From: Vicugna vicugna
Taxonomy: Eukaryota
Assembly: GCA_013265495.1 (NCBI GenBank)
Contig: MU058065.1
Span: 9,465,720-9,529,719 of the forward strand
Reading direction: 5' to 3'
DNA length: 64,000 nucleotides
Below are positions 23,320 to 37,020 of the stretch, piece by piece. Both the position numbers and the translations under genes were made by a program. The first letter of the stretch is position 1. Each line of letters opens with the position of its first letter. The notes under the pieces were generated by a model that made no database searches, was not told the DNA's origin, and saw only the letters and a program-made list of their open reading frames with translations.

Positions 23320-23525
23320 AATAATCATGAATGTCCAAATCAGATTAGGCTCTAGGCACTTTACAAATATTGCTTCATATGATTCTTATAACAAATCTGG
23401 GAAGTGGGTATTATTTCTCCCATTACACAGATGAAGCAGTCATGGCCCGAATTACACAACCAGGAGGAATATAATGAAAGTTAGCTCCAATCCAAACTGG
23501 AGAGCCCATCATCTCCCACTGCACT
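23320..23525 (-). mobile_element. MIR SINE
   Basis: ctaggcactttacaaatatt...gaagtgggtattatttctcccattacacagatgaag. Confidence 0.7.
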
Positions 23526-23614
23526 TCACTGCTCACTCTTACCAGCATGCTTAGATTGACCTGAACCGGAACTGAAGCTGTGCCCATGCACCAGTGAGGG
23601 TCATTCATGAGCAC

Positions 23615-23725
23615 ATGCATTCATTGCACATTTAATGAGTACCTGCTGTGTGCCAGCGCATTGTGGTATGTCCCGGGGATTCAGTGATAAGCATGACAGA
23701 GACTATGCCTGCCCTACAGGGCTTC
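23615..23725 (-). mobile_element. L2 3' end
   Basis: cattcattgcacatttaatgagtacctgctgtgtgccag. Confidence 0.75.
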
Positions 23726-26273
23726 CTCGCATCTTATCATAGATGTATCTGTTAAATACACGTTTAAGGTTTTTTTTGTGTTTTTGTGGTGTAAGGACTA
23801 TAGCCTCATTTTACACTGTGCCCATAAAGGAAACTCCCTGTCTTTGTCTGACTTCTAATGTGGTACACACTAACTAGTTGGCATGCAAGTAACAACTACT
23901 CCCAAAAATGCCTTCAACTACGAATGGTAAACCTATGTTGTTGTTTCACAGAGTTCTCCCATATGTTACAGGTCAAAGAGTTTGGGAAAAACAAAGTTAC
24001 CCCTACTGTTCCACAGGGAGAGAAGAAAAGAAAGCAATGGGCTATTATAATTCTTATTAATAAACATTATTAAACCCAGACAAGGTCTGAATTTTAGAAT
24101 AAAAATAATTAATCTACTGAAAGAATGGTAAACCAGGAAAGATTAAAAATTATAATTAAAGAATGGGAATGGCATTTGGTATCAGAGGCATCTCAGCAGA
24201 CTATCTGAACAGTACACTAAACAAAGTGAATTATTTCTACCATAATAATGGTATTTACTATAATACAATGGCGTACTAGAAATCTAATTGCAATCTGCCA
24301 AGGATTTAAAAAAAAACAGTTATAATACAAAAATACATGAAGAATAGATATGATCTGTATTTTTAAAAGAACATGGTAATGCTACTATATGGTTCAATTT
24401 TCAGATATCAGGATTTAATATAATAAGAAAAGAAAGAGAAAATGAAAATTGGGGAGATTTGAATAGGTGCTTTAAGAAGGGGATTTGCAACCGAATGGAA
24501 ACAGGCTGATTTTGATTACACTTTAATATGAGATAAAGTAAAGATGGGATAAATCCAAAGTAAAACATAATTATAAGTTTCTGCATAATCCCTGGCAAAA
24601 ATATTAAAGATTAGATTCCAGAATTGTGTTCGCAGCTCCATACAGCTTTTACCATTCATAGTTACCCACTGTACATTAAGCATTGTCACAAAACAGATAA
24701 CAATATATTCATAGATGGAAATAATCATAAAGGTATTTAGTAAGACATCTGGATTTTAAAGTTTTGCTTTCCTCTTTCTGAAATAGAAAAAAAATCATAA
24801 ATACAACTTATAATAGAAAATAATCTTGTATAAACACCAGAGTGAGAGTGAGGAGACAGAATGCTATGAATTCACTTGTCAGTAGAAAAAAAAATTAATT
24901 GCAAACTACTCTTGCTACAAAGAAAGTGTGAACACAGTATGCTTTATACTATCCCTTGATTCCTTTTCACCATATCTTTTGCATATATTGAGAAATCCCC
25001 ATGTATGGGAACACAGATAATGAGTTAATGGACAGAATATTGACTAGTGGTCCTTGCTCCACACAGGCTAAGAAAGACAGGCATTATTCATTCTAACATA
25101 AAAATAACCCTCAGGTGTGAACAGAGAAATCAACACCCCTTAACTTAAATGCTGACAATCGATAGATTTGCAGTGCTGCACATAGGTGAGAAGAATAGGT
25201 TCATTTTAGGCAAGTATCGGACATTTGGGAACATCTGATTATGAAGAGTCTGAGATGGGCCAACTCAGTGCTAATAGAAACTGATCATGAAATGTGGCCA
25301 CCATTCATTCTTAACTCTCAGAAACCAACAGTGTGGTAATAAATCCGATGATATTAGTGTTTTTTTTGGTCTGGCTTTTTGTCTGTCTACCTCCAATACA
25401 GAAGCAGGTGGACATGCACAAAATAAGCTTCTACTAAAAATCTTTTTTTTTTTCTACTAAAAATCTTGATGGGTGACCAATACCATTTACCACCGCTAGA
25501 TCAAACGTACTTTTAGTGGTTGTATATTGCAGGAGTGAAGAGAGAGGGGAAGGAGAGGGCGTGGGAGACGGAGAGAGAGAGCGTTACAAGGTATTCATTT
25601 TAAAGATGGATTTAGACATTTTTACAAATAAAATAAAAAAAAATTCCCTAAAACAGAAGGCATTGTAGGTAGGGAAATAAAAGTAAAAATTGCATTCCTG
25701 TAAGTAGTGTCATCTCTGAAGAAATTATTTTAACTTTATTCATTTCAAAGTATTTTTTTCTAGAATATGTAATTAAATAATAATATTGACTTATATTTTT
25801 AAAAGGATAAAGTCTTTTTATTATTATATTACTTTCATGAATTCATTATTAAAGATTTTGACATTTAAGGTGGTTGGAGCACTAGAAGCCCTTGATGTGG
25901 CTGTGAGTTTATTACATTTTAGAAAAATGTGTATTTTATTTCTGATTATAATGGTATTACATTGTGGGCAGTATGGATAATGATAATCATAAAAAGAAAA
26001 AATTGACAAATCTATAATCCTTTCACACTGTTTGTAGGTGTTACCACTTTGGCACATTTTCTTCTATTTTTCTGCTCTCTTTTAAAAAAATATATATGTA
26101 TTATATGTATAAATTTGTGTCCTATTTTTCCTTAATAGAACATCAGAAATATTTTCCTATGTGATTAAAAATTTTTGACAAGAATCATTCTAATTGCTGT
26201 GTAATATTCCATTGCATAAATGAGCTCTAACTTTCACATTCTCTTTACTTATATATTTATATCTGCTACTTTC

Positions 26274-26397
26274 TTTTTAAAAAAATTTACATATATTTTT
26301 ATTAAGGTATAGTCAGTTTACAATGTTGCATTAATTTCTGGTGTACAGCATAACGCTTCAGTCATTCGTGGACATACATACATTCGTTTTCATATTC
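26274..26397 (-). mobile_element. Short young L1 3' end with TSD
   Basis: aggtatagtcagtttacaatgttg...ttctggtgtacagcata; TSD tatat(c/t)tgctactttc at 26258-26273 and 26398-26413. Confidence 0.75.
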
Positions 26398-26554
26398 TAT
26401 ATTTGCTACTTTCAATGACCTCAGAATGAACAAACGTATTTGCATTTCAGAAAAAATTAAGTGCCAATTTCATGAGCAAAGATCCTCAGAACTGGAATTA
26501 TTGAGTCAAAGGCTAAGTGTTTTATATAGTGCTATAGCCGTCTGCCAGACTTGT

Positions 26555-27960
26555 TTGATTTTCCTGCTGGGCACAGAGATAGAGTGCACTTCTCAGCCTC
26601 CCTTGCCGTGAGGTGCGCGCGCACTCAAGAAGGAATTATTTCCAAAGGAATGTGAGCAGAAGTGATGAAATGATGTACAGTGCTTCTAAGTGTGGCCCAT
26701 AGTCACCTCTCATACAATGCTCAGCCTCTCTCGTCCCCGTCTGCTGGCTGTATGTCAATTCAAAGGGAGCACGATGGCTTTTGTTGAAGAGAGTAGAGCA
26801 TCTGTCAGGCTGTTTCTGAAGGACTGTGGAGCAAAACAGCCCTAATTTCCACTGCCTCTAATTGATATTATATGAGTGAGAAGTAAAATTCTATTATGTT
26901 AAGCTATTAAAATTGGGGGCTTTGTTCATTTTACTGCTAGTGTAATCTTAACTAACAGGGGTGTCGGCATGGGAAATGAGCTACAATTCTCTAATAAAAA
27001 CCTAAAAGATGTGGAATCAGTATTCGGCATGAGGAAACTAGTATCAGAGGATGGGGAGATGGAGACCCGTGTGATATAGTCATAAAATTTGCATTAAAAC
27101 TGTCACTGGAGATAGCTTGAAGGGAGATCAAGCACTCATCAAGCCTGTAGTTCCAGGGGAAGAGACTGGAAAACAGAGTCATGTAATGGGTGTGGGTTGT
27201 TACTGGCTTCTATTAGGAAGATATTAGAGGGGAAAAGAGTCAGTAAATAGCTAGATGATTTTCAAGCAGAAATAAAACAAAGAAACAAAAAAAAACAGAG
27301 AAGAAATTTGGGGCATTAACGAATTGGAAAAGCTAACTGTTTCTAGACCCCAAACAGTGGGAAATAAGATTGAATGTACTTTTAGTGGATGGCTCTGTGA
27401 CAAAGACCAGGTTAAGGGCATAGCCTTCTCTCCCAAGACTCCCATATGTTGTGTGACCTCAAGGATGCTGGCATGAAGTTGTGTATTGTGAGAGAGGCAT
27501 GATGGAGAGGAAGCAAAGAGAGGAATCAGAGTCAGTAATTATACTTAGGAACGAGTTTTGGGTGGTGTTTCTGGCATGTGAGACTGAGTGGAAGCAAATG
27601 GATTAGAAGTCTACTAAGTAAAAACATACTGCCAAAGAAATCATAAGCCTGGATGGAAAAAGCTTTTGGCTGCTTGAGTCTTAAAATCATTCTTGGACCC
27701 TCAAATCTGCATGAGCAAGAAATAGGCTGAAAAAGCTGTTTGATCCCATGAGAGGAGGTCTCCCACTTCACTGGAATTATGACCAAAATGCAAATGGACA
27801 AGGAAGGATCTCCCAAAGAGCAATTCAAGAACTGTGGAGAAAAATGGACAGAGAAGTCTCCTGCAGAAAGTAGGATCAAGGTCAAGGCAAAGCACTTCTC
27901 CACCCTGGAGGTAGGAGTCTCCAGTCAGCATGAGTGCTATAGACCAGTGACCTGCGTGTC
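26555..27960 (+). mobile_element. MaLR LTR (MLT1J-like) followed by MLT1 internal sequence
   Basis: The LTR ends ttatgttaagc...taactaaca (about 26957) and is followed by aaaaacctaaaagatgtgg, typical of the MLT1-int start. Confidence 0.6.
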
Positions 27961-28014
27961 CAGAATCTTCCCTTTTTTGAATGAGTGCATTTTTTTTGTA
28001 ATTATCAAAAATGC

Positions 28015-28720
28015 TGTTGTGCAATTAAAAGAATGAAGTACTGATAATGCTACAGGATGAATGAAGGTCAAAAGCATTACGCTAAGTGAAAGAAGTCAGA
28101 CACAAAAGACAACATTGTATGATGTCATTTTTATGACACATGGGAAAAATGCACATCTATTGACGTAGAAAATAGATTAGTGGTTGCCTGGTATTGGGGT
28201 GGAAGTGAGGAATGGTTATAAATGAGTCTGAGCGGCTTTTGGGGGATGCTGGAAATATTCTAAAGCTGAATTGTGGAGATGGTTGTACAACTGTTAATTT
28301 ACTCAAAAATCACTGAATTGTGTACTTAAAACAAGTAAATTTTATGATATCTCAATAAACTTGTTTTTAAAAATCTGCTGGTGAATGTGGAGGAAAATGA
28401 GCTCTTTAATACATGGTAAGAATGAAATTTGGCATAATCTTCTGGGAGATTTCCAGTAATATATATCAAAACATCAAATGTTTGCACTCTCTTACCTAGC
28501 AATTCCACTCCTAGGAATTTGTTTCAAGGAAATATTTGGATACATGCTACAAGGTTATTTCTTGCAAAGTTGTTTACAATATTGAATAATTGAAATAACT
28601 TAAATGTCTGTCCATAGGGGACTAGTTAAATACACTAGAATATATCCAAACATTGAAATGGCCTACAAGTGTGGTACTACTGTGGAAATCTTAATGTATT
28701 TATGTGGAAAACTATCCAAC
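28015..28720 (+). mobile_element. L1MB 3' end plus an adjacent L1ME fragment
   Basis: gaagtactgataatgctac...gctaagtgaaagaagtcagacacaaaagac...agattagtggttgcc; then agcaattccactcctaggaatt. Confidence 0.8.
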
Positions 28721-29615
28721 AACAACAAAAATGCCATTAAAGTGTGCTGTCTATAGTTTATGTTTACTAAAACACAGGGGTATAAGGGTAGAGGACACCA
28801 ATTTTTACTTTTCTTGAAATATGTGAATTCTTTTCAGCCACCATACTTTATTAGGAAAATAGCAACAAAACATTTACACTTTGGAAATAAGCTTGTGGTA
28901 AAGTAAAATAAAAATCAGATTATAATTTTATGCTTTTGATATGTCTGTATTGTAAATCCAATTTGACTAAATTCAGGGATATTCCTCCCTCCAGTTTGAA
29001 AATAGTTAAATTTATGTGCATGTGTTTAACTCCCTTAATGTTCAATAACTCATTTGACATACATTTTCATAATTGAATTTCTTTGACATTGATGAAGTAA
29101 ATCTTACAATCCACCTTTATTTAATTTTTCCTATGGGCTGATTCTAATTGAAAAGTAGTACCATGAGTTAAATCTGGTCTGTGTTCTGGAGGAGATTTAA
29201 TGCTGCCGTACAACACAGGGTCATTTTAACAAAACTAAAATAGCTAAACTAGGCAGACGTGGTTTGAAGTGAGGGTCACTCTTTCAGATCTTATCCTTCA
29301 CAATCACCAAAGAAAACTGAAAAGGGGATGTTTAGAGGCTAGATTCCTATCAGGAAGTAAAGAATTTGCGAATTTACTTTATGTAAGAAAGTAAATATTT
29401 AAGGAGTTTTCCATGTGACTCTAACAGTTCTTTCGTATAGTATGTTACAAACACATTTGCTTAAGGGATTTATGACATTTGTTGATAGGTACTAAAATCC
29501 AAAGTAAAGTATCTTTCTGTTCGTCCCACACAAATCTAGGATGTAATTGAGTAAATATGTCAGATTATGTGTCAGAGTTTTCTGAACAGATTAGAACTGC
29601 TGTTTGGGGCATTAT

Positions 29616-29617
<2 letters not shown>

Positions 29618-29646
<29 letters not shown>
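29618..29646. repeat. (CA)n microsatellite
   Basis: Perfect CA run, about 14 units. Confidence 0.95.
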
Positions 29647-29649
<3 letters not shown>

Positions 29650-30404
29650 CCCGATTATTTCAGAGCTCCTCTGACATTAAGCATCAGGTAGAAAGCTGTG
29701 TGTTAGAAAGTAGTACTGCCTTGCTGTTTATTTCAAAAAGGAGCAAGAATAGTATATTGGTAGGTATTCTAAGTTCCAGCTCATTGACAGAAAACTGAAT
29801 TTAAAACAATAAAGCCTGAATCGAGAGGGGACTCACAAATGAGTAATCAGACATTGTTTGAAACCAATGAATATCCATGACAATAAAAACAGGGTGTGTG
29901 TATGAGCAGAAGAGAGAAATGTTTGGATATGAAGCATTAACTGCCTGAAAAACAGAAAATCCTGGGGCTGTTTAAGAAATAAAGCACTGGACTTTTATTT
30001 TATTTAATATAAGAAACTACTGTTCCTTTGAGTCTTTCTGTAAAAAGGAAAATTAAGGGCTTTTTTTTGGCATTTAACACAAAACTATTATAAAATGTTA
30101 AACAGACAGTATTTAGAATTGTATTGGCACTTTCAACAGGTTACCATTTTCCCCCTAGCTTAAAATATCTAATAGGAATGTCATAGGCTTTGACTGGGCA
30201 GTGGGTTGTGGCATCACATTCTTATTCCTTTAGATCAGATGCTGTTTTTAAACTTTGACTCTTAATCGGGAGAAGAATTTGCTTGAGAGGGAACCCTAGG
30301 GCCCAGGGACAGCCCAACGGCATGGCATCTCTAGCGCAGTGTTACTGCCCGGTCTCCCTAACATCTACTTGCTCCCCTTCTTGACTGTTATTTTGGCCTC
30401 TAGG

Positions 30405-30750
30405 GCAGTGGTTCACAGCTTTGGCTGCACATTGGAATCACATGGTGGGCTCACCTTCGGGAAGTCAGACTTAATTGGCTTGGGGTGTGCCTTGGGCATC
30501 AGGGCTTGAACAAGCCTCCAGGTGATGCTAACATGCAGGTGATACTGAGAGCCATTGCTCTAGGCAGCATTTCAGAGTGTGATCCCGGGACAGGCAGCAG
30601 AGCAGTGCCAGGGAACATGTGAGAAACGCAGTCTTGGGCTCTAGCTCAGACCTCCTGAATCAGAAGCCCTGGGACCGGGACCCAACTATCTGTGTTCTAC
30701 CAAGTTTTCCAGGTAATCCAATGACGCACACTCAAGTTTGAGAATCCTTG
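30405..30750. mobile_element. Two adjacent MER5-family MITEs
   Basis: cagtggttcacagctttggctgcacattggaatcac...; second unit ends tcaagtttgagaatcctt. Confidence 0.75.
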
Positions 30751-31361
30751 CTTAAAGAAACGAACCTTCTACCGGTAAGAGTGAAGCCAGCAAAGAGTGA
30801 ATGAGAGAATGTGGCAGTTGGTCACCCATCTTTTTTTATCTTCAAAAGTGGCTGCTAATTTAAGAGAATTTTGAAGGCTTTTCCCCAGGGTTGTGTTCCT
30901 TCACAGGCGTTACTGTGTAGCAGATGACATCACAGTAAGTGTATCCATTATGAATGCTTTTCCTGACTCTTCCTCTGAATTGAGTATTTTTAGCCTTATC
31001 AGCTATCTGGGAGTAGACATGAGTGAACACGATGTCTTTAGCTGTACACAATAGGTGACCTTCCATCTCTTCTGATAATATTGTGAAGACTGAGTCTGAA
31101 AAAGGAAACCTTACTGCTGTCAAGCAACTGAGGCGTTTTGTTTTGGTTTGGTTTTGTATTTTAAGATCCTGGAATCGTTTACTATGATCATTGTAACTGT
31201 AGTTCTAATTAAGACCTCTAATCAAAGAAATTGATAAATATAAATTCTAAAGGAGCACTAAATATTCCATCTCTTATGTGGCAGATTCTCCAAATGAGGT
31301 AAGCTTCATCAGTATTAGCACTGCTTGTCTCCAAAATTTTTCTTTCTTTGTCTTTTACATA

Positions 31362-31822
31362 TTGTGTTCGTTTCCTATTGCTTTTCTAACAGATGGCCAC
31401 AAATTTGAGTCAGAATGTTGATACGAATTTATGGCGAGCTGAAGTCAAGGTGTCGGTAGGAATACATTCCTTCAGGAGGCTCTGGGGGAGAATGTTTCCT
31501 TGCCTTTTTCAGCTTCTACAGGCTGCTTACATGCCTTGGCTTGTGACCCCCCTCCTCCATCTTCAAAACCAGCAGTGTATCATCTTTAAAGCTCTCTCTG
31601 ACTCTGATTCTTTTTCCCATTGTCACATGTCTTTTCTGATCCATGAGCCTCCCTCGAGTAAGGCTGTGATTACACTGAGCTCGCCTGGACAATCCAGGAG
31701 CGTCACCCATCTCAAGCTCTTTAACTTCACCATGCCTGTAAAGTCCTTTTTGCCAGGGAGGATTCACAGATTCTGAGGATTAGGGTGTGGACATCTTTGA
31801 GGGGCCATTACTTATCCACCAC
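31362..31822 (-). mobile_element. MaLR solo LTR (MLT1D-like)
   Basis: gtcaaggtgtcggtagg...ggctctgggggagaatgtttccttgcc...gattagggtgtggacatctttgaggggcc. Confidence 0.8.
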
Positions 31823-31929
31823 ATATGTCAAGAGACAAGAAAGGGTAGGGAACGTGTTCTGATAAGATGCCCTTGGAGACTAGACTGCAGGGGAGAGCTG
31901 AAAAGTAGCTGCCTGGGGAGACCCACAAA

Positions 31930-32725
31930 GCAGTCAATTTCAAATTGTTGTGTGCTTCAGATCACCTGGGGATGTGTAAAACAATGCATATTCCTGAGCC
32001 CTGAGTGGTTCAGCCTGGGGTCTGCGCTTCAGCCTTCACTAGCTGTGCGCCCAGAGGCGAGTGGGTGCAGGTAACCCCCAGCACAGGGAGAAGCTGCCAG
32101 CAGGGAGGTGGTGCAAAGCCCAGACCCCGGGACAACTCTGCAGCAGCAGCAGCCTTAGCTCCAGGGGATCCTCAGAATTCCTAGGGAACTGTTAAAAATA
32201 CAGTTTTTCTGCGCTCCACTCCAGGCGATAGTGATTTCTGAGGTCAGGGAAGGGCCAGAACCTGTGTTTTTGAAAAATGCTTTCAGGTGATTCTGGCTGA
32301 ACACCCTTGCCCCCACCTTAGAATTCCTTGGGGCTCCTGGCAATTCTACCTGATCCAGCTGTAGCCAGAGGACTCACCTATTTTCCTGTATTCAGAAAAC
32401 AATCTTACCAGCTAATAGTCTTTTTCTTTGGGATGGATTCAACTATGGATCATGTTAAGTTTTTAATTTTTGTGTCTCCAGTGCCCTTCTCAGAGCCTGG
32501 CACAGAGTGGGTACACAGTAAATGTTTCCGGAGTAAATCAGTGATTCCCAGACATGACCCTGTGTCACAATCACCTGGAGGGCTTGTGAAAACACAGATG
32601 GCTGGGCCTCAGCCCCAGAGCTTCCAACTCAGCAGTCCTGGGTGGGGCCTAAGAAGGTGCATTTCAAACAAGTTCCCAGGTGATACTGGTCCTGTTGGTC
32701 TGGAATTACACTTTGAGATCACTGG
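31930..32725. mobile_element. MER5-family fragments and an L2 tail
   Basis: atcacctggggatg..., tcaggtgattct, aatcacctggagggcttgtgaaaacacagat; L2 tail cagagcctggcacagagtgggtacacagtaaatgttt at about 32490. Confidence 0.65.
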
Positions 32726-32794
32726 GATAAACAGAGTTTGAATTGTTAAAAGTTCTAACTCGTTTACTACAAAATAAAAAAAATCCCTTTTCAG

Positions 32795-32925
32795 TTTTTT
32801 TTGGGAAGGTAATTAGGTTTAATTAAAGAAAAAGAAGTTTTTTTTTTAATGGAGGTACTGGGGATGGAACCCAGGACCTGGTGCATGCTAAGCATGTGCT
32901 CTACCACTGAGCTATACCCTCCCCA
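32795..32925 (-). mobile_element. Camelid SINE (vic-1 type)
   Basis: ggtaattaggttt...ggaggtactggggatggaacccaggacctggtgcatgctaagcatgtgctctaccactgagctataccctcccc. Confidence 0.9.
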
Positions 32926-34129
32926 CCCTCCCCACTAAAAATTTTATATATTGTTGAGAGACTTAAAAGTTTTCCCAAGTTTTTGAACTGTCCTTATTTT
33001 TTTTATGATTTCTATTTTCTTCCCTTAAAAAATTTTATCCTCTCGAAATTGAAAAAGAAAATCCTATTTCTCCAGTAATAGCTGTCCTATCATGCTTTAT
33101 TGTTTATTTCTTCTCTAAATGTGAATGCTCTAGAAACAAAACAATTGAAAACAGTTGGGGAGTTCCTACTGATGACAGACTTTTTTTCAAACTTGTATCT
33201 TTAGCAATGGTGATGCATAACCTAACAGTAAATTATCTTTTAATCTGAAGCTTTAGTTTGATTTGCAGTTTTGCCTGTTTGGTTAGTTGCTTTTTCTTTT
33301 GGTCATAATCCTCAAAGTGGGTGAAATTGTAAGGGAAGGTAGTCACACATGCATTATGAGGCCAGTCAGCACTAGAAACACAGCACAATTGAGAAAGAGA
33401 AGTACTGCAGAGTGATTTGTCTGATTTGCCTGAGACTTGGCAGTGCACACTTTTTTATCATAGAAATAAATATAAAATTCATCCAGTATATATTTTCATG
33501 AAATTTTATTTCTTTGGAAGAATATCTGACTTTTTTCCTTGTATTTATCCAGCTAGAGATCATACACAGAGGATTGATAGCTCTTAGATGTACTTTTTCA
33601 ACCTAAGAAATCCTTTTTTAGGATTTAAGGATAGCTTTCCTTATTTATACAAAACTGTAACAGCATGCTTTCCTCGTAAAATACTCCCTGCAGGTTGGAT
33701 CAGCCTTGCAGATAGACTTATGCCTTTGAATCTGGGTGTACTAAGAGTTTCTGGTGGTGAAGTAAAAAAACGTATTGATTTGATTTATTATACTCCCATG
33801 AAAAGGCTGTATAACCAGATTGATGGGATGGAGGATTACTACAAATATTTTTATAGGGCTAGGAAATTTGAATCTTGTATACAGTGCTGAATTTGAACAT
33901 ATCGCTGGGCTGAAAGCAGGCATCTTGTAAACAAACTCTTGCAATGAACCACTCTTGCATGGCTATTAGTCGTCAGTATGTTTTTACTGAGTGCATGCCA
34001 TATTTGCAGCCCTGTGTTAAATCATTTTCTGTCTTAAAAGTTTTCTTTTTTTGTCTTTTGCATATAAATTTGCAAAAAAAATTGGTAAGAAATTCTTATT
34101 AATACCCAAAATAGGTATACTCAAGTTAA

Positions 34130-34442
34130 AAAAATTAATATAATTTTGCATACAATGAAAAGCACAGGTCACAAATGTACACACAGGTAGATTTTGACAA
34201 GGCACATACTTCTGTAATGCATACCCTTGTCAATCAAGACGCAGACATTTTCATCACTAAGAAAGTTGCCTCGAATTGCTTCCCAATCAATCCCCCTCCC
34301 TCCCATCAACACTGATCCGATTTCTATTGCAGGCACTCATTTGTGTCTGGCTTCTTTCACTGAGTACAGTATTTTGAGATTCATCTCCGTGGTGTGTATC
34401 AGCCGTTAGTTTCTTTTAATTGCTGACTAGTATTCTATTGTT
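34130..34442 (-). mobile_element. L1MB/MC-type 3' fragment
   Basis: ttgtgtctggcttctttcactgagtacagtattttgagattcatc. Confidence 0.7.
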
Positions 34443-36249
34443 ATGAGGCCTGGGCAAACTTCCTACATCCTGCTGAGTATTCCCTAATGGAGTGAGAGTG
34501 CAGACAGGATCTAAGGGCTATCCTTTGTTCCCTTCATTCCTCAATGTTTAAGCCATTTTTTTCTGAAAGTGCAAACCTTGCCCTTCCTTCATCAGTATCA
34601 CTAGGGCCCCACTATTATGTCTGATCTTATTAGGTCAGAATTTATACACAGGGTACAGGACCCAGTATTTCTAGCAAGCTCTCTATGGGATGCTGAACAT
34701 CACATATGAACATTAATGGTGGACACTTTAAGCAAATATTTTGCAAATATAAAGGATTAAGGAAAGAACTAGAAGAGTAAAAAACAAGGTGGCCAAACTG
34801 CTTCCAGTAATTCACGATGATGGACTGAACCAAGCAAATTTCTAAGAGTACACTAAGTCTCAGATGGTGAGAGGTGACAGGAGCAGGAGTCCCTGGTGGG
34901 GGGGGAGGTCTAATAATTAGAGGGTAGACAGAGAACGGGGCCTGAGTAAGTCAATCCTTTCTACGTTTGAAAAGATGGGTTTGGGCAAAACAAAAGAGGA
35001 AAAGGTGAGAAGTGAGACTGTTAGTGTGTGGTGTCTCCCAGGCATAAAAAACCAGATTCCAGTTTACCTAAAGAACCAAAGCCTTTCCCGGCTTTCCTTC
35101 CCGATCACTCTCCTCCCACCTGCTGCCTCCCTGAGGGTTGCCAGCTCACCTGTTGTTTCCTTGTTGTTGCTTCCCAGCAGAAATGTGAGTACAGCTCAAA
35201 ATTAAAAGAGCAAGTATATCGGTGCTCCTGAATCACGAGTTAAAAAACAGCCCAAAGAAATGGGATCTCTTCTCTCAAGTGTAGCGATAAGGCGTTTAAA
35301 TGCCAACATGATAAGAACAAGATAAATAATAGCAACAAGCCCTGTGATGCACCCAAAATGTCAGGCTGGCGCCACATGCTGTCCAATGAAATGTTTTTGG
35401 ATGATCTAGGGGCTGGGAGGAGAGTATATACTTTTCATTCATACAATTTATTCCTTGAAAATGCCAAACTGCTATGAAACATTTCTTTCGCTGAAGTGTC
35501 TGGCTATCTGGTGCTTACAGTCTCGGCACAGACACTGCCCACGGATGAACAGACGTCTCGTATTTCATCTGTCTTTGTTCAGGGCTGCTTGGGGCATATC
35601 TCCTTGGCTGCCAGCATCACCAGCAGTCCTGGAGGGCGGGGCTTAGAGCATCACTGGCTCCACTGTTATCAATAGGCTAAGGTAGCCCCACCCTCCACTC
35701 ACCAGAGGTCTTTTCTCTTCTCTTCTCAAGACTCAGAGGGGAGATGAGATAACTGAAGTCATTCTGACCATTATCCTAGCCAGAATTTTCCTCTTCCTCA
35801 AGGGAAAAGCTTTTGTCTATACGTAGGCCCATTAGGTATTTTTGAACATAGGCTGTGTGACACATCATTAGTGGAATATAGTCTAAAGAGACATACAAAA
35901 CAATGGTGACTTCCATTTAGTGTCTTAGTGTTAGTAGTAACATTGACATATTTCATTATACTAGATTTTACTGATACTATTTGGAAGTTATATATTATAC
36001 TTATAAATAAAGTGGTTATGTTAATGTTGTAATTATCTTGATGACAATATTAAGAACCATCATTTTCACTGTAAGAGAAAGATACCAGTATAAATTTTTT
36101 TTGAAAACTTAGTAAGTTACTTTTAATTAAGTTTGAACTATTTGAATATTTGGAATTTGATATGTCAAATATTAAAATATATTTGAACTTGAGATCTGAA
36201 TATAAATTTGTTTTTAAAACATTTAAAAATTTGAAATGTTTTAAAAGTG

Positions 36250-37020
36250 AAAATGTTAACATACCCCCGGTTCATCCACTAAAAAGACCCAGTAGCAATG
36301 ACAACTCGTGAGAATGTTAGCATGTTAGCATCAAACTATGGTCTCTGAATACTATTCCCTACTAAAAAGGACCAGTGATTCTTGCAGAGATCGCTGGTTC
36401 CAGATGCGAAGTGGCAAAAATGACAGGCAGAGACTAGATCATCTTGTTATGCTGGAAAGCAAGGAGGTTGGCCACTGGCTAAAGGTGCACAATTTTTCCA
36501 TCAAAAGGAAGATGATGGCAACTGTTTGAAATACACAGCTAATAAATGTAGGAATGACAGAAGTAGAATAATTCATTATTCTGTAACATCTAATGAAATA
36601 ATTGATTCAGGCAATAAACAGCTATGGATGTGAAACCTAAGAAGCCAAATATTAATGAGGAACTAGATATTCCAAGGGAGCCAAAAGGTTACCCTCCAAC
36701 TTTGCACCTACTGATTAATCGATCAACTGGCATCTTTAAAAGGAGGGCAAACAAGTATTGCGTACTTTCTCATGCGGGGTCATATGAAGTACGGAGGATC
36801 ACCTGTGAAGTACCCCTGCCAAAACTGTTAGCCCTGAATCTCAAGCCTTTATATCTAACTTCCAGTTATAGAAACATAGGAGACGGATAACAAGTTGGAA
36901 AAAATTCAGCAAAATCCAGAATGTAATGGGACAGTTGGCCCAGACTCTTTAAGAGGCCACTGCTTGAGAAAAGGGTGATGGGGGGGATGACTGTGCCAGA
37001 AAAAAAAGAGGCTGAAGAGA
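36250..37020 (+). mobile_element. L1MC4/5-type 3' UTR fragment
   Basis: atccactaaaaagacccagtagcaatg...tattccctactaaaaaggaccag...catcttgttatgctggaaagcaaggag. Confidence 0.65.

Noticed and set aside
30907..30934. 28-nt microexon (ttccttcacag|...|gtaagt)
   Set aside because: Frame-shifting length, short pyrimidine tract and no supporting gene context.
30860..31123. Minus-strand 87-aa ORF with an acceptor-like tttcctttttcag
   Set aside because: No clear donor and an unrecognised peptide.
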